Virus record (IMG/VR): IMGVR_UViG_3300039210_000244
Coordinates: 1-64,000 of that record
Strand: one strand, 5' to 3'
Length of the DNA stretch: 64,000 nucleotides
Source of the DNA: a virus
Shown here: piece by piece, positions 18,517 to 24,827 of the stretch
Layout: each line of letters starts with the position of its first letter
Numbering within the stretch: position 1 is the first letter of the stretch
Made by a program: the position numbers and the translations under genes
Notes under the pieces: model-generated
Told to the model about the DNA's origin: nothing
What the model saw: only the letters and a program-made list of their open reading frames with translations
The model's database searches: none

Positions 18517-18905
18517 GAATCAATCACGTCGCGCATGAGTCGGTAAGTTTTCGGTGCGTTGTAAGCCTTGCACCAGTCGAGTCCGACTTCGTTCAAGAAC
18601 GCCTGCTCGATTTCATTCCAGCGGGCTATCAGCGCGGCCCACACTTTCGACGCCACGGCGATTTTCGGGAAAGCGTCACGTACTGCAGGCGCAGCCTTGA
18701 GCAGCAGCAGGCAGCGGTTCAGGTCGTCGGGGTCGTGTGGGTAGTTGATGCGTTCCGGCGTTGAGCCGAGCGCGATCATGGCCATCGTTTTTGACGAGAG
18801 GCCGACGCGCCCGTTTGCGAGCCAGTCTAAGACACGCGAACCAGTCGCGACAGACAACGATCCGCCACTGTCCGTTTTCGTGGAGTTTTCAGTTGGATTA
18901 TTCAT
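18465..18905 (-). CDS. Cassette 7 protein, phage-type hypothetical
   Basis: WLANGRVGLSSKTMA...PHDPDDLNRCLLLL; starts in attC7, ends in attC6 (ATGA overlap). Confidence 0.75.
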   Translation of the reverse strand: MNNPTENSTKTDSGGSLSVATGSRVLDWLANGRVGLSSKTMAMIALGSTPERINYPHDPDDLNRCLLLLKAAPAVRDAFPKIAVASKVWAALIARWNEIEQAFLNEVGLDWCKAYNAPKTYRLMRDVIDSANTTMSNGSAAKNSQL

Positions 18906-18948
18906 GTTTGGAAATTTGGGCGGATCGCGTCTGCCCTAGGTGTTAGGC
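18835..18948 (+). repeat. attC site 7
   Basis: CGCGAACCAGTCGCGACAGACAACGATCCGCC // GGCGGATCGCGTCTGCCCTAGGTGTTAGGC. Confidence 0.88.
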
Positions 18949-19427
18949 TTTCTTTCGCTTGGGCAAAACGGGGTCATTTCATGCACGCTAAGAGCCTCCG
19001 TCCGTGGTTTGCCGCGAATCATTCCGCAGGACCACACCGAAGCATCTCCCTCGGGGTCGAGTTGTTCGATAAGCCAGCAAAGGCCTTTCGCAGCCTTCAC
19101 AGCACGCGCGTCGCGACGGGCCTGCATCGCGGCTTTCTTTTCGAGCCGATCGCTCTCGTCTTGCGCCATTTTGGCCAGCATCTCAGAGACGCCTAGGGCG
19201 AAGATCGCGGCCTGTGCCGGGAAGTCCTTCCCGAGTTTTGCGAGGTGTTCCCATGCCTTTTTTGGCTGCTCACCGTAATAGAGCTTGGTCCACATCGGAT
19301 GATCCTTCGTTTTCGAGATCGAATCCAGGCTGGCGATATTGTGCTGCGCCATGATGGCCGCGCGTTCATCGTCGGACATTGGGATCTCGCAGCGGTGTTC
19401 AAGCAGGAGTTTTGACAGGGTGCTCAT
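18936..19427 (-). CDS. Hypothetical protein, first gene of the operon reading into the array (no attC of its own seen)
   Basis: Follows promoter and leader repeat; ends KPNT* inside attC7. Confidence 0.7.
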   Translation of the reverse strand: MSTLSKLLLEHRCEIPMSDDERAAIMAQHNIASLDSISKTKDHPMWTKLYYGEQPKKAWEHLAKLGKDFPAQAAIFALGVSEMLAKMAQDESDRLEKKAAMQARRDARAVKAAKGLCWLIEQLDPEGDASVWSCGMIRGKPRTEALSVHEMTPFCPSERKPNT

Positions 19428-19447
19428 GTCGTTTCGGGTTCGGGTTA

Positions 19448-19500
19448 AACTGACTACCCGAATAAACTATTCGAACGCACGATAAAAGTAAAGATAAAAA
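19448..19500 (-). promoter_or_regulatory. Repeated phage promoter motif, likely driving the cassette array and intI
   Basis: TTTACT-N17-TAGTTT, then GTAGTCAG and AACCCGAACCCGAA leader. Confidence 0.65.
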
Positions 19501-19522
19501 AGACGGTTTGTTTTGTAAATCT

Positions 19523-20014
19523 CTACGCTGATGCCTTGAAAAACCCAAGCATCCCGGTGCACGCGACGAACGGCAGCGGCCGGATCTCGTCTAGGACATA
19601 GCCGTATTCGCCCATGAACCACGGGCTGGAACTTCCAGTAACGCATGCGCCGAGCTTCGCCATGCCGGTGATCCCGCCGAGCTCATAGCTGTCGAACCGT
19701 TTCGACGCGAACACGTCCGCCACCGACTGTGGCAGCCGGCCGAGACCGATGCCGCGTTGAATCACCTCCATCGCGCAGTCGAATGCTTCGGCGGTCATCT
19801 TCGCTTTCGAGGCATGAACGAGAAACCATGTCCGCCGGTGCGACCGCCGGCTTCGGTTCTCGATGTTTTTGCACTCCTGCTTGCGCTTGTCCGGATCGGT
19901 GAGATCAGGCCGCGTGATCAGGAACGCCCACGGCTGCTTAATAGCGAGGGCAGGGAAGAGGCGCATGTAATGGCGAGTGTCTGAGTCGGTCATGGCTTTA
20001 ACGTTCGCGTTCAT
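19523..20014 (-). CDS. ASCH/PUA-domain protein
   Basis: ALAIKQPWAFLI...KNIENRS...LVHASK...GMLGFF. Confidence 0.85.
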   Translation of the reverse strand: MNANVKAMTDSDTRHYMRLFPALAIKQPWAFLITRPDLTDPDKRKQECKNIENRSRRSHRRTWFLVHASKAKMTAEAFDCAMEVIQRGIGLGRLPQSVADVFASKRFDSYELGGITGMAKLGACVTGSSSPWFMGEYGYVLDEIRPLPFVACTGMLGFFKASA

Positions 20015-21039
20015 GCTGTCGGGTAGCCGTTGTGTTCGACGCCATCGAGCAATCGGCCGGCAGCGGCTTTGCCGACTCGCGCCATGTATGTCTGCGTTTT
20101 GTCCATGTTCTGAAACAGATACCACTCCGGATTGATGGGGCACTTCGTTGATAGGTCGTGCGTGAATTCTACTCGGTTGTCATCGAGGACTTTCACGGGC
20201 GCCCACTCTCCCCATTGTTTATAAAGAAAAGGCACGCCCGCAGCAGAGCACTGATTGCGCAGCGATATTGCCCATGTCGGATGCATCGGACGCGCGTTAG
20301 GTCCAGACTCGCCGCCGCAAATTACCCAATGGATTCCAGTGAGGGCTTTTTTCCCAAGCTGCGCAACCGCGTCGGAACGCTTCGTTACGTTCGAGAATTC
20401 CAGCGGCCCGAGCAACGGCTCGCACGAAAGAAATCGCACGACGGCCGGAATTGCGAGCAGCGATGGGATTCGCTCGTCGGCACGTTGCCGGTCTTCGACT
20501 GACGTTCCGATCCACACGTTAGCGGGCGGCTCAGGATCGACATTTATGAGTGCACCATCAGCCTTCTGGCCGATCCATGCGAAAATCCAGTTCTCAAGAT
20601 CCATCCGACCTACGCAGCTCTCCATCGCTGCGAGCAAACGCGGACGGAAATTCTCCGGACGCTTCGTGAGCAGCAGCCAATCGAGGTGCTGGCATTTGCG
20701 GATGAGATCAAGCAAGTCAGCCAGCCAATCAAGCGGAACCTCGTCGTCCAACCAGTCGGAGAGCGATGCGCAGAAGACGCGTGGACGACGTTTTTTCGCG
20801 TCTCCCTTTTCAGCCCACCGAAGGCAGTCGGCTTCGGCGTTTCGACTCCATCGGATAGGCTCTTTCCAATTCGCAGCGGATGTGCGCGAGCGCGGATTGC
20901 CCTTGCCCCATTTTACGCGGCCATAGCGCGCGTCCATCAGCGTTTCGGCATAGCAGTGCGCACAGCCGGGTGAAACCTTTGTGCAACCGATCCACGGATT
21001 AAACGTGTGATCGGTCCACTCGATTTTTGAGTTTTCCAT
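20011..21039 (-). CDS. Phage Gp37/Gp68 (DUF5131) family protein
   Basis: SKIEWTDHTFNPWIGCTKVSPGCAHCYA, LLTKRPEN, RFLSCEPLLG, WVICGGESG, KQWGEW. Confidence 0.93.
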   Translation of the reverse strand: MENSKIEWTDHTFNPWIGCTKVSPGCAHCYAETLMDARYGRVKWGKGNPRSRTSAANWKEPIRWSRNAEADCLRWAEKGDAKKRRPRVFCASLSDWLDDEVPLDWLADLLDLIRKCQHLDWLLLTKRPENFRPRLLAAMESCVGRMDLENWIFAWIGQKADGALINVDPEPPANVWIGTSVEDRQRADERIPSLLAIPAVVRFLSCEPLLGPLEFSNVTKRSDAVAQLGKKALTGIHWVICGGESGPNARPMHPTWAISLRNQCSAAGVPFLYKQWGEWAPVKVLDDNRVEFTHDLSTKCPINPEWYLFQNMDKTQTYMARVGKAAAGRLLDGVEHNGYPTA

Positions 21040-21087
21040 AATTCGGGTTCGGTTCAGGGTGTTGGATAGAGCGGGCGACCTTGGCGA

Positions 21088-21489
21088 TCAGCGCGGTGTT
21101 CCCGAAACCGGATCGGGGAGCAGCTCGGCGAGATCGATGCCGCGCTGTAGTCCGGCAACGTACCCGTCGAAATACTTCGTCACAACTTCCGGGAAGGTCG
21201 GATATCCGAGGACAAACCGATCCAATTCGGCGATGTCGATCGCGCGACGGAGGCTGGCTATGAGTTCCGCCTTGGTGATCGGAACGAATGGCGCTGGCGA
21301 CACCGCCACTACCGGGACAATCACGGCTGGCGCGGCGGTGATGACGGCCTTGGGAGCCAGATTGACGGGTGCAGGCGGGATGATTTTAGGCGGCGCATAG
21401 CCGCGGTATTGGGTGAACGGAGCCGCGCCACAGACGACGGCAGCGATCAGGAACAGGACTGACAGGATGGTGTACTTTATCGGTTTCAT
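21088..21489 (-). CDS. Hypothetical protein with N-terminal signal/TM segment
   Basis: MKPIKYTILSVLFLIAAVVCGA. Confidence 0.6.
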   Translation of the reverse strand: MKPIKYTILSVLFLIAAVVCGAAPFTQYRGYAPPKIIPPAPVNLAPKAVITAAPAVIVPVVAVSPAPFVPITKAELIASLRRAIDIAELDRFVLGYPTFPEVVTKYFDGYVAGLQRGIDLAELLPDPVSGTPR

Positions 21490-21525
21490 TTTCGTTTCAG
21501 GTTCAGGTTTCGTTGCTGACAAAAA

Positions 21526-21729
21526 TTAGAATAGCTCAGGCTCACTCTGCGCGGCCTTCACCGCGGCGATTATCCCCATCACATCATTGATGTTTGGATT
21601 CGTGAGGCGGGCGGACTGTTTCGAGCCGTTCGGAAAGTGCAGAGTAAACACGCCGTCCTCGCGCGTGACGCTATCGACGCCGGAGGCTTCGCACTGCGCG
21701 AACGACGGATGCATCGTGAGCACGTTCAT
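21526..21729 (-). CDS. Hypothetical protein
   Basis: ATGA overlap with the upstream ORF. Confidence 0.5.
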   Translation of the reverse strand: MNVLTMHPSFAQCEASGVDSVTREDGVFTLHFPNGSKQSARLTNPNINDVMGIIAAVKAAQSEPELF

Positions 21730-21914
21730 GCCGCGGCCTTGCTTGATAGATCGATCTGGTATGCCAGTTCGTCGATCAACTCCTGTGCGTACTGTGTCTG
21801 CCATGCGCGGTCGATCGGATCATCGATCAGCTCGGCTACCGCCAGATCCGCGCGCAACATCGCGAGATCGTTCTGGAGGTGCTGCAATTGCTGGCGGTCG
21901 ATTCGGGTGATCAT
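21726..21914 (-). CDS. Hypothetical protein
   Basis: Packed small ORF. Confidence 0.5.
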   Translation of the reverse strand: MITRIDRQQLQHLQNDLAMLRADLAVAELIDDPIDRAWQTQYAQELIDELAYQIDLSSKAAA

Positions 21915-21935
21915 GTTCGTGGCGGTTCAGCGAAG

Positions 21936-22292
21936 TCACTTGATGACCTCGATTATCATGGTACCGCGAATCTCCACGAGCAGGCCGGTTTTCTCGTCCT
22001 CGAAGTAGCAGCCGTCACCCTGCACGTCGGTCACGGCTCCGGTTGTCGTCCAAGATTCGATCGGATTTCCGCTGTTTCCGTAGAGCGTGATCTTGTGCCG
22101 CTTTCCCAGCGCATTGAAGGACGCCACTTCCGCGTCAGTGCAGGCAGCGAGAAAGAGCAGAGCCAAACCAGCCACTAGAGCCAACGCCCACAGTCGGGGG
22201 CTTCGGCGATTGGCGGCGCGGATGATTCGGCTGTAAGCCATCCTCAGTTCGGGGATGGCGGACACTGCAACTGTCATGTTTTTCGTGCTCAT
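21936..22292 (-). CDS. Putative lipoprotein
   Basis: Hydrophobic stretch ending in LAAC lipobox. Confidence 0.6.
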   Translation of the reverse strand: MSTKNMTVAVSAIPELRMAYSRIIRAANRRSPRLWALALVAGLALLFLAACTDAEVASFNALGKRHKITLYGNSGNPIESWTTTGAVTDVQGDGCYFEDEKTGLLVEIRGTMIIEVIK

Positions 22293-22311
22293 GTCGTTTC
22301 GGGTTCTGGTT

Positions 22312-22362
22312 GCTGACTGACACGAACAAACTACCCGTTACATCGTTAGATGTAAATATAAT
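22312..22362 (-). promoter_or_regulatory. Repeated phage promoter motif
   Basis: TTTACA-N17-TAGTTT then GTCAGTCA. Confidence 0.6.
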
Positions 22363-22399
22363 AATTTAACCAGGAGCGAAATAATTCGCTCACCGCCGA

Positions 22400-22747
22400 T
22401 CAATTCCGCGTCGCCAGCCAACCGATCAGTGCACCGACGAACGGACCGACTGACGCCAGCCATCCCACCAGTTTGTATCCACCGCGAATTTGGTTCGCAA
22501 TCTCCTTGAACTGATCCACCGCGATCCGGAGTTCGGCTGATTCTTTTTGTGCGGCCTCGAACCGGGCGCTGCTCTCTTTTTGATTGGCTTGGAGCTGTGT
22601 TCGCAACTCGACGATCGCCGATGGTTCCTGCTCCGCCCGCGTCTTCAGCGTGGCATCGATCGCTGCCACCTTTTGAGCCATCTCGCCGACCTGCTTCGTC
22701 AGCACTTCAATCAGTCGTTCGAGGCGTTGCGTAGAATCGTCAGACAT
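22400..22747 (-). CDS. Coiled-coil protein with C-terminal TM helix (possible holin-like lysis protein)
   Basis: Coiled coil followed by LVGWLASVGPFVGALIGWLA. Confidence 0.5.
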   Translation of the reverse strand: MSDDSTQRLERLIEVLTKQVGEMAQKVAAIDATLKTRAEQEPSAIVELRTQLQANQKESSARFEAAQKESAELRIAVDQFKEIANQIRGGYKLVGWLASVGPFVGALIGWLATRN

Positions 22748-22812
22748 GGTTGAGAGGGTTCATCTGTAAGAGAACAACCTCCCATCATTCGGGAATTTAT
22801 TTCGCTAAAATT

Positions 22813-23883
22813 CTATGCAGCCAACGGCGCCGTATTTGCTCCCTCAACCTGCATCCTCGAATCGATCGCTTTCTCTATCGAGGTTTTCGCGCCATCAACT
22901 GCTCGCGGAATGCGATAGCGCAAATGCTCCTTGAGTTCGGAGAACGCGGCCACCGCTTTAGGGACGCCCACAGACGCCTCATCCTTGAGGTCCTGCACGC
23001 TCGCGCGGAGCTTCCGCTCAATCTGCCCAGTGAGCCACAGATGGCGCGCCACGAGCCCGCCGCCGATGAGGATCAGCGCAAGGCCACCGCCCGCGACATA
23101 GATGAACCACGTTTGACCGACGATATAACCGGCGCCGATTAGCAGCATGCCACCGACGGCACCCGGGACCGCTTTAGTCAGCGCCGCGATGCCGGTGAAA
23201 AAGAGTAGGGCACCACAACCGAGCACGACCGCCATTCCCGTGCCGACCAAAATGCGAGACGCCCATCGGAGAAGATCGTCCGCGTGCTTTTTGTTCGCGG
23301 CCACAATCGCAGCCTTCGCCGCCGCAACTTCCGCGTCTTTGTCGGCGATGACCTTTTCGAGCGCGCTCTTCTGCTCGGCGAGCTCGGTGTCGGCGGCCGT
23401 TCGCAGCGCCACGAGTTGCTCGTCGCGCGCTTTGATTGTCTTCTGTTCCGCCTCCATCGCCAGCTTCAACCGCGACGTTTCATCGAGCGCAGAGCCGTAA
23501 AGTTTTTTCTGCTCCGCGAGATCACCTTTGACCGTCGCGAGAATTCGCGCGTCAGCCTCCGCTTTCTTCGCCGGTGTTGGATCTCCGACGATCGCGTGCG
23601 CGAGGTCAGCCTCCGCCGTGATAATTTCCTTCCCCTTGCTCGCTTCCGTTTTCTCCGCGCCCTGGCCTATGCCGTAAACGTTACCGGCGAGATCACCAAG
23701 CAGAGAATCTTTCGCCTCCAGCTGTTGTCCGAGCGCGGCGATTTGTTTTTGCTGCTCCTGTCCCAGCTGTTCCGTCTTCGGTCCGACTGGAGCAACGACC
23801 GTTTTCGTACTCTGGCAGCTGACGTTCAACAGAAGCACAAAGGCAACGACGAATAGTCCAAGGCAAGCGAGCGCGTTTTTCAT
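22813..23883 (-). CDS. Lipoprotein with long coiled coil and C-terminal TM helices (possible spanin-like)
   Basis: Signal peptide ending NVSC, Ala/Lys/Glu coiled coil, about 3 TM segments. Confidence 0.5.
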   Translation of the reverse strand: MKNALACLGLFVVAFVLLLNVSCQSTKTVVAPVGPKTEQLGQEQQKQIAALGQQLEAKDSLLGDLAGNVYGIGQGAEKTEASKGKEIITAEADLAHAIVGDPTPAKKAEADARILATVKGDLAEQKKLYGSALDETSRLKLAMEAEQKTIKARDEQLVALRTAADTELAEQKSALEKVIADKDAEVAAAKAAIVAANKKHADDLLRWASRILVGTGMAVVLGCGALLFFTGIAALTKAVPGAVGGMLLIGAGYIVGQTWFIYVAGGGLALILIGGGLVARHLWLTGQIERKLRASVQDLKDEASVGVPKAVAAFSELKEHLRYRIPRAVDGAKTSIEKAIDSRMQVEGANTAPLAA

Positions 23884-23959
23884 TTCAGGTTCGGGTTCTC
23901 CTTCAGCTCTGAGCGTCGGAGGTATCAGAGCAAGCTATACAGATTAAAATCCTCCTCAG

Positions 23960-24215
23960 TATATTGCCCGTTCCAGAGGCACCTGCCAAAGTCCCCCCTT
24001 CCCCACGCGATAAGGCATGAGGAAAGGGATGACGATGACGGTGCCTCCAAATTGCCCTGTCCCTGTCGGCCCCACCAGTTTTCCAAGCAGCAGCTCCCGC
24101 CGAGTATGGCCCCACGTTTCACGGTTCTTTATCGCTGTGCTCAGGTCGGCCCCAGTCTTCGCCGGGTCCGCCATTCAGCTGTAACGGGTGGTAGTTGCCA
24201 CCGATCACAGCACTC
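23960..24215 (-). ncRNA. Candidate multi-stem structured RNA
   Basis: Minus-strand stems GCTGTG/CACAGC, GGTGG/CCACC, GGAGGCACC/GGTGCCTCT, CCCTTTCCTCATGC/GCGTGGGGAAGGG inside a ~570 bp region without a convincing ORF. Confidence 0.35.
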
Positions 24216-24284
24216 GCCAAAAATGAACACGATTGCCGATGTCGGCCCTCGTTTTCCGTTCGTTCGTAGCCGCGACGTAAAAAC

Positions 24285-24324
24285 AAGAACACCTCGGCGT
24301 GTCTCACGACGCCGAGGTGTTCTT
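24285..24324 (-). terminator. 16-bp perfect hairpin, probable terminator after the tail operon
   Basis: AAGAACACCTCGGCGT-N8-ACGCCGAGGTGTTCTT. Confidence 0.6.
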
Positions 24325-24456
24325 TTCGATTCAGGTCTTAGTGACGGGATCGCCGTCACTCAAATTGGGTTCCTCGTTGCTGTGAGACTCGCAACGCAGA
24401 AACGGATGAGATCAAACACCGCGGAAGTAAAGATTATTCAGAAAACAATCTGTCAC

Positions 24457-24822
24457 TTAGACATCGATCGCGTCCGAGAAAACAGTGAGCTGTCCCGCTT
24501 CCGGCTGAAAATCACAGATGGCCGGCTCAACCTTCGCGGCGGCGTAAATCTGAGCGCGGAAAGGATCATCCGCTGGATTTGCGGCAAGCGCGGTGGTCGA
24601 GAGCCATTGGTCGAACTTCGCACCGCTCAATCGCAGCTTGGCAAACGGGCGATCAGCCATCGAAAGCGTGGCCTTGGGGTTGGTCGCAGCCTGCGCGGCA
24701 CTGAGGTAAAGCCCGAACCAAACAGAAATTTCTTTGCTCAGATAGTCAGCCGGCGCGGCGATAATCTTGACGTAGTTGCCTGCGGCACCGTTGGGCAGGG
24801 TGAATGTTTTTTGGAGAGCCAT
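24457..24822 (-). CDS. Tail-associated hypothetical protein (possible fibre chaperone)
   Basis: MALQKTFTLPNG...FSDAIDV directly after the tail tip gene. Confidence 0.6.
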   Translation of the reverse strand: MALQKTFTLPNGAAGNYVKIIAAPADYLSKEISVWFGLYLSAAQAATNPKATLSMADRPFAKLRLSGAKFDQWLSTTALAANPADDPFRAQIYAAAKVEPAICDFQPEAGQLTVFSDAIDV

Positions 24823-24827
24823 GACGT

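Larger units (their letters stand above)
15292..18948. mobile_element. Complete phage-borne integron: intI, attI and 7 gene cassettes
   Basis: IntI next to 7 regularly spaced attC sites; the two core sites bounding each cassette are complementary. Confidence 0.9.

Noticed and set aside
16536-18948. CRISPR array or simple repeat interpretation of the periodic elements
   Set aside because: The units are divergent long palindromes with AAC/GTT cores separated by gene-sized spacers next to IntI; no identical direct repeats and no cas genes.
16315-19402. Plus-strand and alternative-frame ORFs in the array as the true cassette genes
   Set aside because: They are short and cross attC sites without pattern, while the minus-strand ORFs tile the array with coupled starts and stops and protein-like motifs.
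18949-19427. An eighth cassette
   Set aside because: No complementary core site or palindrome found to its right; it is preceded by the phage promoter and leader instead.
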